Source of the DNA: Hyaloraphidium curvatum SAG 235-1
Lineage: Eukaryota > Fungi > Monoblepharomycota
DNA length: 64,000 nucleotides
Reading direction: 5' to 3'
Assembly: GCA_025558095.1 (NCBI GenBank)
Contig: JAIVFI010000020.1
Location: 372,001-436,000, forward strand
Shown here one piece after another: positions 9,922 through 20,628 of this stretch. The stretch's first letter is position 1. Each line of letters starts with the position of its first letter. Both the position numbers and the translations under genes were made by a program. The notes under the pieces are model-generated. The model had not been told where the DNA came from. It searched no databases and saw nothing but the letters and a program-made list of their open reading frames with translations.

Positions 9922-10883
9922 TGCTCTGTTCTCGTCCAGAGTCCAGTTGGTTCCTTTGCGGTTCCTTGGCAGGGGGATGATTGGCTGAAGCCTTGGAGAC
10001 TGGCTTATCACATCTCCCCTGGATCAAACGTCACGATGAGGGACCGACAAAGTTGTCGCCCCCGGCCGCGGCGACGCAAGGCCCGCCGCGAGGGCATTCG
10101 GCCTGTGCTACCGATCTTTCCCCGGAGACGCGCGGTGCATGCCCGCGGGAGCTCCGCGGAACGCCCATGCCTGACCGGCCCCGACCCCCGACAAAGCCAA
10201 AATGGCGGGCGCCGTTCCGCGGCACCCATCTGCCATCGGCGAGGTGCGGTGGGTCGCGAAAATCGCGATATGGCCCCCTTGCCGTGATCCCCGAGTCCTC
10301 CGACCGGTGCGCGTGCTGCTCGATCTTCGCGGCGACCGAGTCGGCCGATGACGAAATGGAACCAGGTTCCGGGCCGGCTCTCGATTCGGGGGTTCCAGAA
10401 CTGGCTTCCGCGCCTGCATGCCGGATCGCGCCCAGCGACAGACTCGGCGCGATCCTCGGCGGGCTCGCCGGGGTTGCGGGTTGCGCATCTGCGGGCGGTG
10501 CACGGGCTGCGCCCGCGCTCATTCGTCTCCGGGCGATCTGTTGGACGCCTCTAGAACACTCGGATCGTCGACCGGGAACGCCGAGAGCGAGTAAGCGATC
10601 GAACGGTCCTGGGACGTTGGGTTTCCAAACCGTTGGACAGAACGTTGCAAGTGCATGCGAATAGCGTCGTTAGGTTCGATCCATTCGGCTTCGTTCGCGG
10701 CGCCCAGAACCCCGTCCTTGGCGCTGCCCTTGAACCCCCTCCCCTGCCGCAAGCGAGTACGCTGCCCCGAAGGCGCCGTCGCCTGCGATCCCTGCGGGAA
10801 GAAAAGGAGCTGCACCTTCGCTAAGATTCCGTTGCCCGTAGACGGCGCAGAGCCGCCGCGATGGACCGCGCCGTTCGTTTTGA

Positions 10884-11789
10884 CTAGTGTTCTTGCCCGC
10901 CGCCTACGGCGGCTGTTTGCAGTTTCGCTCGTCGAGTAGACAATAGGCTGTGGCATTCGAGCAATGTACATCCGGGGAAGAACAACGGGTACAGGAGCGC
11001 GTCGAGCTCCGGATGGAGGAAAGAGATCCGCTGAAGGCCGTGGTGCCGGTGGTGCAGGATGAGGTTGTGCGAGTTGAACACATTGTCCCCCACGCCGATG
11101 ACCACGGCCGTGATCTCGGTCGCGCGCGGCTTTGCGCGCCGGCGGTTGCTCTTCGGATCGAAACGAAGCTGGAGCTCCGGGATCGCCTGGCCCCCGGCAC
11201 GATGCTCCTCGGCGCGAACCTGTTCGCTAAGCATCTGGTACGCCCGAGCAATCGGCCCCCGGCGGATGATTTCGTCCAATTGGCGAAGCAAGTCTGGATC
11301 CAGCTGCTGGTTCGCCGGGTGATCTTGACGTAGCTGCTGCGCCTGCGCGGTGTCGAGAAAGTAGAGCTGTCCATAAGTCGGCCTCTGTGGCTGCCGTCAC
11401 GATGCCGCTCACTCGAAAATGCCGAGCAATGCGGCGGGAGATGCGGTCCGTCCCGCGGTGGCCGCATCGGCCGACGATTTGGATCAAGTCGTGCGGTTTA
11501 CCGGCTGCGCCGACTGCATCCCGAGGGCAGATCCGACAAGAGGCTTCGACGGCGCGAGATCCGGGCGACCGCTCGGCCAGTACAGGAATCGGGTCGTGCC
11601 CGCATGCCGGCTCCAGTCCGTTCGCCGTTCAGAGGGGCGGTGATGGAGTTCCCGGCAGCAGTTTCCGGTCCGGCCAAAGCTGCCCAGGGGGGATCGACGG
11701 GTCCCCTCTCCGGAGATGTTCCTTCGGCGATCGAAGCCTTCCGTGGTTTGCCATCGATGGTTTGAAAGCTGCCGCCACGATGGTTTAGA
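10884..11789 (-). mobile_element. Non-autonomous, internally deleted Helitron
   Basis: RepHel N-terminal fragment (PTYGQLYFLDT...LRQLDEII...GLQRISFLHPELDALLYPLFFPG); 3' hairpin CCGCCG-TAGG-CGGCGG (10897-10912) 9 nt before CTAG, followed by T. The 5' A|TC at 11789 is a candidate only. Confidence 0.8.
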
Positions 11790-11845
11790 TGCGGAAGCCC
11801 GAAGTATTAAGGACGCTCACGGGCGCACAGTCATCGCTCCCCAAC

Positions 11846-12454
11846 ATGCTCGAAATGCCCGCACCGCGCCTCATCCCCGCCGTCCGCCGCCTCCCCCTCC
11901 GCTCCTTCGCCTCCGCTCCCAAGGGCTCGGGGCCCGGGCCGACGGCGCCGCTGCCGGGCGTCGCGGGGCCGGGGAGCGAGCCCGTGCCGGGGGACGCGTG
12001 GCCGCCCGGCCGCACCAAGGAGGACAAACCATGGACCAGGAACGAAAGCGTGCTGGACAACTTACCGCATGAAGGTGGGACGCAGCGGGCGGAGTCGCCG
12101 TCGGGCGTCCGCGTGACGACGTAGTCCCCGTCCCTCTTGGGTTCCACAGGAACGGTCAACAAGGGCCTCCCCAACACCACCCACAAGGAGCCCGAGCCCC
12201 CCGTGCTCACCAACCCCGCCGGCACCACCTCCACGTCCCCGACGTGGATGCTCGCCGGCGCGGTGGCCGCGGCCGCGGGGGCGTACTGGTGGTGGACCGC
12301 GCGCTGGGAGGGGAAGGAGGCGACCGCCGCGGTGGGTGATCAATTTGTTCCCCGGAAATCGTGGATGGAAGCTGATGGGAGGGTGAAGCCGCCGGCTGCG
12401 ATGCCGGGGCCGAGGGTGGAGCCGGCGGTGGACAGGGCCGAGAAGGCCAGGTGA
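11846..12454 (+). CDS. Small single-pass membrane protein, probably mitochondrial, unknown function
   Basis: Presequence-like RLIPAVRRLPLRSFAS; GT-AG intron at about 12075-12149 joins the frames; TM segment WMLAGAVAAAAGAYWWW. Confidence 0.6.
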
Positions 12455-12674
12455 TCGGGTGCTGGGCGGCGGTGGAAGCCACGGAAACGGGGTGCTGGGT
12501 CGCGGATCGGGAGCTGTACGGTGGTTTCATCTCGAATCGAGTGCGTTTGTCCCCCTTGACGGCGTCCGCGTCTCCCGGGGCGAGGCCCGGTGTGGCGAGG
12601 CGTGATCGCCGCAGCCGCAGTTCGCGCCGTCCGCCAAACATGCCAGCCCGCCCGCACGCCCCCGCGGCGTAGCG

Positions 12675-15600
12675 ATGACCTCGCGGATCCCGGTGGCGAT
12701 GGCGGTGCCGCCGATGGGCGCGGCGGGCGGGAACGTGGTCAAGGTCATCCGCGGCGGGGGGCGCAAGGCCAGCGCGGACCTGACCGCGGCCCCGCCGACC
12801 GCCAACGCCCCCGCCGGCCTAAACGGACCAGGCGGCGGCTTAAACGGACTGGGCAATGGGCCCGGTGGCGAGTCGGGGGGGATGGGCGGCCCGCCTCCCC
12901 TCTCTCCCCTGCAGTCCGCCCTGCTGCGGGCCGTGCGGCGCGAGGACGAGGTTGCCGCGCACCGCGCCGCCCCGCCGCCCGACTCGGCAACCGGCTCGAC
13001 GCTCGTCGACGACGCGCACGCGTCGCTGGGCGACCTGCTGGACGGCACCGACTGGGCGGCGCCCGCCGTCAGGGCCGCCCTCAGCGACGCAAACCACGTC
13101 GGCGGCCTGCTGCTGCTGTGGGCCGCCATGCGCGGGCACTCCCAATTGGTGAACATTTTGCTGCAGTGCGGAGTATCGCCCGATGCCTGCGTGCCGTGGG
13201 TGGCAGGCAACGACCCCGCCGCCGCCGCAAACCCCGCAGACGCCGCGCGGCTGGCCGACCTCGTCGAGGAGGCCGAGTCGCGCCAGCGCCCGCTCATCCT
13301 CGCCGCGCAGCACGGCAAGCTGCAGGCCATGCGCGCCCTGCTGCTGGCAGGCGCTGAGGTCGACGCCGCGGACGCCCTGGGCTGGACGCCCCTCCTGCGC
13401 GCCGCCGCCGACGGCCACCCAGACGCCGTCGCGCTGCTGCTCTCGCACCGCGCCTCGCCGCACCTGTGCAACTCGGACGGCATGTCGCCGCTGCACGGCG
13501 CAATCCACGGCGGGCACCTGGCCTGCGCGCAGATGCTGCTGGCCGCAGGCGCCTCCTACTCCATCAAGGACAATTACGGCACCACCCCCACCCTGCTCGC
13601 CCGCGCAGAGGACTCGCTGCCCCTGGTCTCGCTGCTGTGGCACGCCGCCCTGTCGCGCAACGACCCCTCGGTCCTGGCCGAGGTCGACCCGGCGACGCAG
13701 CGCACCCCGCTGCACGACCTCGCCCGCCTGAAGGCCCCCCTGGAAATGTTCGCCCCCCTGTTCCCCGCCAACCCCACGCAACCCTCCCCCGTCACGGTGC
13801 CCGACAGCACCGGCACCTCGCCGCTCGTCTACGCCGCCCTCTCGGGCTCGGCGGAGCTGCTCGCCCTGCTCCTGACAAAGGGCCTCCCGCTCTTCCCGCA
13901 CCCGACCATCGACCGCGCGCTCCCCTCCACCGTGCACCTCCTCAGCCAACTATCGCACCCCTCGCCGCTCCCGGACGTCCCCGCGAAGCTGCGCGAGCTC
14001 GCCCGCGCCGACGCCGCCGCGCGCGCCTCGGAGCTCCGCTTCCCGAACCCGGGCGCCGTCAAGCGCGCCGTGGACCTGCGCAGCGGCGCCGTCGAAGCGC
14101 TGCTCTCGCTCCTGTCGGCCTGCGGCATCGTGCGCGAGAGCAGGGCGCTCGTGCTCGCGGAGCTCGAGGCCGTGCTCCGGGGGATGGAGGCCGAGGTGCG
14201 GCGCGTGCGGGCGGCGAGGGAGGGGATGAAGGAGGCGGCGGGCGGCGGGGCGCAAGCGAAGCTGGCGGAGGCGTGGGACGGCCTCGGCAAGGGGCTGGGG
14301 GCGCTGGGGGGGTTGGTGGGGCGCGAGGCGGTGGATGCCGCGCTGGGGAGGGCCAGGGGGGAGGTGCTGGACCTGGCGAGGAGGAGGGCGGGGGACGCGG
14401 CGAGGCAGGAGAAGCGCGCGCGGGTGCAGGAGGACGGGGTGCGCAAGCTCGGGCACGCGGTCAAGCACGCCGCGCGGTGGGCACGGGCCGACCTCGGGCG
14501 GTGGGAGGCCAAGGCGGCCGAGGTCGGCGGAGCGCTTGACGAGGCGCTGCGGAGGGGGAGGGAGGTCCTGGGGAGGTGCATCGGGGCGGCGGATGCGGCG
14601 GGGAGGGAGGCGATGGAGAGGATCGCGGCGCTGGCGGAGCAGGACCCCGAGGAGAGCGGGGAGGGCGGGATGGAGGAGCTCAAGCGGCTGCAGGTGCGCT
14701 TGGAGGAGAGCAGCAAGATCGGGGTGTGGTGCAGGGGGAAGCTCAAGCGGCTCGAGAGGGTGGCGGCGGCAAGGAGCGGGGCGCCTCTCCCCGAGGCGGC
14801 GCATCCGGCTCCCCAGCAGGACGGGTGGGCGCCCGAGAGGACGAGGGGGGTGCCGATGCCGCCGAGGCAGACGGGGCCGGTGTGGATACAGGCGGGGGCC
14901 AAGGGCAGGGCGGGGGATGCGGCGCCCGCGGGGAATGGGGCGCCGGCACCAGTGACGCCGGCGGCGCAGATGGCACCCGCACCGGTGCCGCCCGCACCGG
15001 CTCCCGCACCTCAACCGCCGCCGGCAGCGGCAGCGGCGCGCACGACGGAGGACGCGGCGGTGCAGGCCCAGGCGGCCCGCATGGCGCAGGCCACCGCTGC
15101 GGCGCAGGGCAACCCCGCCGCGGCGACCCCAGCGCAGACGGCCGCGCAGCAGGCCGAGTTCCAGAAGCAGGCGAGCGGGACGTGGAAGCTGGTCAAGAAC
15201 ATGGTGACGGCGTTCGGGAACAAGGCGGAGCAGGCGCTGGACTCGGTCGCCGACATTTTGCTGCCGTCGGCGCCAAAGTCGCCCATGCTGGTGGGCACCG
15301 CGTCGCCGCTCAACGGCACCTCGACCTCGTCAGCGATGCAGTCGGCTGCGGCGAGGACCGCGGACCCGCAGCCGGCCGCCAAACCGCCTCCCGCCCCTGC
15401 GAGCGGCCCTCCGCCGGCCAACCCCACCCTCGACACGACCTCCTCCTCCATAGCCATCGGCACCGCACTGTCATCCCTCCCCAACCTGGACGTCACCGCA
15501 TCCACCGCTGGCCTCGCGTCGGCCGTCTCGGCGGGTGACCCCAACAGGCCGCGGCTGCCTTCCAAGGTGCGCAAGGGGCCGCTGCCGCCCGCCGACAGGC

Positions 15601-15923
15601 CGCTGGGGGTGTTCAAGCCGCCGTCGGTGGGGCAGATCGATTCGGGGTTGCCTGCTCCTGCGCAGCCCGCCCCAGCACCCGCACCCGCGCCGCCTCCCCC
15701 CGATCCCGCGCCCGCGCCGGCCCCCCCGCCGCCGGACGCCGAACCCCGCACGGACCTCGACGCTGCCGACGCGCTGGAGCGCAAGGTGGCCGCGCTGCAG
15801 CAGATGATGGACTCGGGGGCCGGGTCGCCGTCGGGGCAGTCGGGCAGCCCGACGCCGGCGCGCAAGGGGACGCTGCCGAGGCGGAACGGGCTGAAGAACG
15901 TGCTGGACAAGTACGGCTTGTAG
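12675..15923 (+). CDS. Ankyrin-repeat protein with central helical/coiled-coil region and Pro-rich tail
   Basis: Multiple ankyrin repeats ([42 protein letters not shown]); 1082-aa uninterrupted ORF. Confidence 0.8.
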   Translation: MTSRIPVAMAVPPMGAAGGNVVKVIRGGGRKASADLTAAPPTANAPAGLNGPGGGLNGLGNGPGGESGGMGGPPPLSPLQSALLRAVRREDEVAAHRAAPPPDSATGSTLVDDAHASLGDLLDGTDWAAPAVRAALSDANHVGGLLLLWAAMRGHSQLVNILLQCGVSPDACVPWVAGNDPAAAANPADAARLADLVEEAESRQRPLILAAQHGKLQAMRALLLAGAEVDAADALGWTPLLRAAADGHPDAVALLLSHRASPHLCNSDGMSPLHGAIHGGHLACAQMLLAAGASYSIKDNYGTTPTLLARAEDSLPLVSLLWHAALSRNDPSVLAEVDPATQRTPLHDLARLKAPLEMFAPLFPANPTQPSPVTVPDSTGTSPLVYAALSGSAELLALLLTKGLPLFPHPTIDRALPSTVHLLSQLSHPSPLPDVPAKLRELARADAAARASELRFPNPGAVKRAVDLRSGAVEALLSLLSACGIVRESRALVLAELEAVLRGMEAEVRRVRAAREGMKEAAGGGAQAKLAEAWDGLGKGLGALGGLVGREAVDAALGRARGEVLDLARRRAGDAARQEKRARVQEDGVRKLGHAVKHAARWARADLGRWEAKAAEVGGALDEALRRGREVLGRCIGAADAAGREAMERIAALAEQDPEESGEGGMEELKRLQVRLEESSKIGVWCRGKLKRLERVAAARSGAPLPEAAHPAPQQDGWAPERTRGVPMPPRQTGPVWIQAGAKGRAGDAAPAGNGAPAPVTPAAQMAPAPVPPAPAPAPQPPPAAAAARTTEDAAVQAQAARMAQATAAAQGNPAAATPAQTAAQQAEFQKQASGTWKLVKNMVTAFGNKAEQALDSVADILLPSAPKSPMLVGTASPLNGTSTSSAMQSAAARTADPQPAAKPPPAPASGPPPANPTLDTTSSSIAIGTALSSLPNLDVTASTAGLASAVSAGDPNRPRLPSKVRKGPLPPADRPLGVFKPPSVGQIDSGLPAPAQPAPAPAPAPPPPDPAPAPAPPPPDAEPRTDLDAADALERKVAALQQMMDSGAGSPSGQSGSPTPARKGTLPRRNGLKNVLDKYGL

Positions 15924-16007
15924 ATATGGCGGGCTCGGGTATTTCTGATGTCTATTGTCGTTTGCTCGGTCGGAAAAGAAGCCAAGAATCTGTGCGGCGT
16001 CGCTCCA

Positions 16008-17900
16008 TCAGTGGTCCAGGATCCGCAGGTTTCCGGTAACGATCTGCAAAAGGAACGAATGTCAGTGCACTTGCACGTGCGAGAACGATCCGCGTGCGTC
16101 ACCTTGTTCTCGAGGATCGAGCCCGCCGGGATGTCGATGCGCTGGCCGTGAGTTGCGACAATGATGACCGTGCCCGCGAGAACGACCTGGCCGTGGAACC
16201 AGACGTCGCCCGAGACGGTGAGGTGATCCAGATCGAGGATGTTGGGCGGAGACTCGAAGCTGGTGCGGAGGCAGAGGTAAGGGGCCGTGCTGCTGGCGGA
16301 CGAGAAGCCCACCGCCTATCATAGTCTGCGATCTTCGAGAACTCGTTCCCCAGCTTGATCACCGGCGTCGATGAAAATGGCCGTGTGGGGTTGATCACGA
16401 GCTGCCCGTGACGCAGCGAGTACAGGCCTTCGGATTGCGCGAGGAGGAGGTCCGCGGTGTTTTTCACTGGCACGAAGCGCGATCGCGGGACGAGGATGCC
16501 GCCGGACTTTTCGAACGCCCGGATCGCTGAAGCCATGGCGGTCTCGAGCTGTGGGGGCGGTCGTTGAGGTGCGCCAATCGGCAGCTGGCCGATCTGATGA
16601 CTGCCCACCTGAATCACGGCCTCGCCCGAGTCCGTGGTCTTGGGATTCTCGATGATGTCGAGCTCCGGACCGTGCGGGTGGCGGTCGAAGAGATCCTTGA
16701 GCGCCTTGAGGTTGACCCAGAGATTGTTGGTGTTGAACGTGGAGAACTTCTTGACGGAGTAGCTGCGAAAGCAGAATTCTGTAAATCAGTCGGAACCGCA
16801 CCCGATCGCCCGACCCACAAGTCGTTCCTGTGAACCAACGCCACCTGTGCCACCTCCAATAGGCGTGTCTGCCCCTCGTACTCGATCAGGGTGCCGCCCT
16901 TGATGTCGCTGCGCGTCTTTGGGGTCATCTCGAGGAGAAAGTCCGCCGATCGCGACTCGCACAGGTGCTGCAGGATCCGGAGGTCCACGGTAGCACCGAG
17001 GTTATCGATATCTGTCGCGATCAATATGTGATGACAACGTGGCAAGCGCGAAAAAGAGAGAGAGACCCACTGGAGACAAAAACCCATTCCTTCCCTTCGT
17101 CGAGCAAGCTGTCCAGGATCCCGCTGCGCACCATAGAGGCCCAAATGTCGCCGTGCCCGGGAGGGTACCAATGCTGCTTCGTGCCCGCCGTGATCTCGGC
17201 GGTCGCGGGAACCGGGAGCAGCGACTCGCGGGAAATACGCGGAGCAATTGCCTGGTCGAACGTGCGGATGTCGACACCCTCGTCGCCTTCAAACTTGCCG
17301 ATCAGCTTCGAAGTCGTTTCCGCGGTGTTGAAGGAGTTCATGAGCACCAGCGGGACCTTGACACCATACTTGCGGGAAAGATAGCGGACCTGGCCGGCGA
17401 TCTCTTTTAGCGAGGCACACCACGAGGCAGCTGAAGCCACTCTAGCCTACCTGCGTCACCGCCAAATCCAAAAACGAGCTTCCGTCGCGGACTTCGATCG
17501 CGCTTTTCGGTCCCTGGAGGCCCATAGACGTTCCAAGTCCGCCATTGAGCTTGACGATGGCCAATTTGGAGAGCAGCTGTGGAATCCTCGCTTCCGCGAC
17601 CTCCGGTAGCTCTTCCAGCTTGACCATCTCGTCCATTCGCTGGCCGACCACCCTGTCCCAGTTGAGCTTCGTCGACCTGGTCCTCTGCCAGCGCACAAAC
17701 AGGTCGTAGAAGGCGTCCATCTCCGGCGCGAACCAGGAGCGGTCCCGCTCGGGAGCCGTGGAAATGAGCTTGTCGAGCTCGCGCCTCAGGGCGTGGGCCG
17801 GCCCCTCCGAGGAGAACCCTTCTGCCATCAGCGAGGGGTCGCGGCTGATGGCGTTTCCATTGGGGGCAAGGCCCTGTTCGGTCGTGCGGCCTCGGTCCAT
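16008..17900 (-). CDS. UGP1: UTP-glucose-1-phosphate uridylyltransferase (UDP-glucose pyrophosphorylase)
   Basis: [55 protein letters not shown] and terminal [10 protein letters not shown]; several introns. Confidence 0.93.
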
Positions 17901-18183
17901 GTCGATGTTTGGGTGAGCGACAGCCCGCGCTGAGTCATCGCTCCAACTGTTGGGCCATGCCCGTCGGGGCATGCACGTCGTGCCCATCTCCCCACAGGAA
18001 GGACGGCGACTGGGGTCGTTCCCGCCGCCGCTGAAAGCCAAGGGCAGGCGGGGAGATCGAAAAAGCCACGCACGAAGCCCGTACCGTGCCGTCGAGCTCG
18101 CGTTGCACACCACCTTGCGCCACCGAAAAGCCCGATCCCATTGTTATAGCTACTGCGCACGGTACCTACCGCATCCTGGCAGA

Positions 18184-18518
18184 ATGAGCGCCAAAGGATT
18201 CAAAGAGGGGGATCTCGTGGCCTGGAAATACGGACAGGGGCTGATTTTCGGACACGTCGAGGTGCGGTCTCGCTCTTACGCTTCTCGGAAACTGGCCAGT
18301 GGAATAACGAGTTGCTCCAGAGCGTGCACGACAACGGAACTGTGGCAGTCAAGCCCCTGAAGGAAGGAGGCGGGACCGTTCTGCGGAAGCCGGACAACCT
18401 GCTCGGGGAAGGCGATCTCTCGGAGCACGACATACGGATCGCGAAGGAACACAGCGGCCACATGGCTCGTCGGGAGGCTACGAGCGACTCGGAAAAGGCG
18501 CAAAAGATGGACATTTGA
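18184..18518 (+). CDS. Small Tudor/SH3-fold protein, DUF2945 (Hva1_TUDOR)-like
   Basis: FKEGDLVAWKYGQGLIFGHVE|SVH joined by a GT-AG intron at 18262-18320; VLRKPDNL. Confidence 0.55.
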
Positions 18519-18549
18519 GGGGGGATGAGCATTGGAAGACCGAACTAAA

Positions 18550-20272
18550 TCATGGGCCCCGCAACCGCGAGAGCTCGTCCTGCAAATACACGAACGATGG
18601 CCGCTCCACCGGATCCTCGCGCCAGCACGCCTCCATCATCCTCCAAACCCGATCATCCACCCCGCCTGGTCTCTCGGGCCTCCGTCCCTCAACGCAGACC
18701 ATAAACATGACCGCCAGCGCCCCCGGCGCTCCCGCGAAGGGGTACTGGCCCCGGCTAACAACCTCGTAACACAGCATCCCGAAGGACCACACGTCGGAGG
18801 CCGGGATAGCCTTTCCACGCAGTGCCTCAGGCGCCATGAATGCTGGTGTTCCCGCCAGCATGACCTCGGTGCCGCCGACCGTTGTTGTCCCTTGCCGAAC
18901 CTTGGCCAGCCCGAAATCGGATACCGCAGCCCTCCCCCGCCCATCCACGAGCACGTTGGCCGCCTTCAAGTCCCCGTGCACCACCCTTCGCAAATGCAGG
19001 TATGCCATTCCCGTCGCAACGTCCACCAGCGTCCGTAACCCAATCGCCGGATCCCACCCTGATCGGGCCATGAAGGCGCGAAGGTTGCCCCCCTCAGCGA
19101 CCGCGCTCACGAGCGCCGGTGGGTCCATGCAATATCCAAGCAGCGGCGCCACGTTTGCGTGGGCAAGTCCCGACCAGGCGCGGACCTCGCTCGAAAGGGC
19201 AGCCGCAAGCTCGTGCGGAGGTCCGCGGAGAAGCTTGACTGCCGCGGGGGCGCCGCGGATGGTGCCGCGGTACACCGTGCCGGAGGAGCCGGAGCCAAGG
19301 GCTTGCGAGGAATCGAAGGTGATGGCGGAGGAGGGCACAAGCAGGTGGTCCGCCCCAGGAGAGGGGAGTCCTGCGAGGGATGCGGTGCGCGGCAACGCCC
19401 GCACGTCCACGAAAGGCGTTGGGGCTGCGGCCGCGCCTGATTGCCAGGCAACGCTCGGTGCTGCCGTGGTCACATGCGCAGGAGACGCCGGCTCTGCTCC
19501 GGGCGCGTATGCGACCCCTGGCGGGGGTTCACTGCAAGTGACCGGTCCATCCGCCTCTCCCATGCCATCTTTCTGTGCAGCCCGCCTTTTCTTGCCCCTC
19601 CACAAGACGAGCGCGGTAACCAGCGCCGCGATCACCAGCACACCCAGCACCGCGCCAACCACCGCACCGGTGGGGAACCCTCCCCCATCGCTGGGGTTCT
19701 GCGCGGCCGCGGCCAGGGCGGCGCCGGAGGCGGGAGTCGGTTCCGTGTCCTCTGCCGGTGTCGGCTCCGATGGAGCGGCCGCCGAATCCGAGGGAGTTTC
19801 CTCTGCGGGGGTTTCCTCGGCGGCTCCCGAGCCTGCAGCGTCCGTCTCGGTCGGACCGACGGTCGGCGTGCTTTGTGCCAGCGCAGAGCACAAGTCTTTT
19901 ACGTCCTGGAGGGCCCCGAACTGCGATTTGTCCGCGTCTGCAGGGCATCGTTGCATCGTTGCCCGTCAGCGCGAATCTCGGTACCCACAACGGTCGAATC
20001 CCACCCTCGCACTCCGCGTAGCACTGACTCAGTGTGTCCTGCTGGTGGTCGTTGCACAAGCACACGTTCGCCGCCTCCCCGGAATCGAGGCAGCCGGTGT
20101 AATCCGTGGAAAAATGCTCGCACCATTGCGACGTGCAGGATCCCACGGCCTGTTGCCGTGCGACTAGGCGGGACAGCGGTGTGCTGCCTTCAGACAATGG
20201 CGCCCAGCGGTGAGGGAGGGACCGCAGGGCGTTCCCTTCGGGAAACGGGCCGCGGGCGCGCAGAAGGGGCAT
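18550..20272 (-). CDS. Receptor-like TKL kinase: 8-Cys CFEM-like ectodomain, S/T/P stalk, TM helix, non-RD kinase
   Basis: GSGSSG, AVK, HGDLKAAN, DFG, APE and DVWSFG motifs; TM AVVGAVLGVLVIAALVTALVLW followed by RGKKRR; an intron at about 19939-20004 links the Cys-rich exon. Start codon uncertain. Confidence 0.85.
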
Positions 20273-20628
20273 CTCTGCGTGGTGGCCCCGGAAACGCGGG
20301 ATTCCGCGTCCTGCCCGCTTCTCTCACAAAAAGAATGCCGCCGGACGCTTTTCGGCGCGGATCAGGAGGCCGACGGGCCCGATTCGAAGTCGGCTGACGG
20401 CGGGATTTCGGGGACCTCCGACCTTGCCGCACACCCGCCCACCTTGGCGGCTCGGGCGCACATCGCACTCAGCATCAGGCATGTCACTATTCAAGCAGAA
20501 AACGAGGAAAGAAAAAGAGCCCATCCACATCCTCCGGTCTCCGTGCCTCAAGTCTTCGAACGGTCGCTGAAGCCGACGCGAAAAAGAATCCACCAAATCC
20601 TCCGGCCCCCTTGCTTGCCTCAAGTCTT

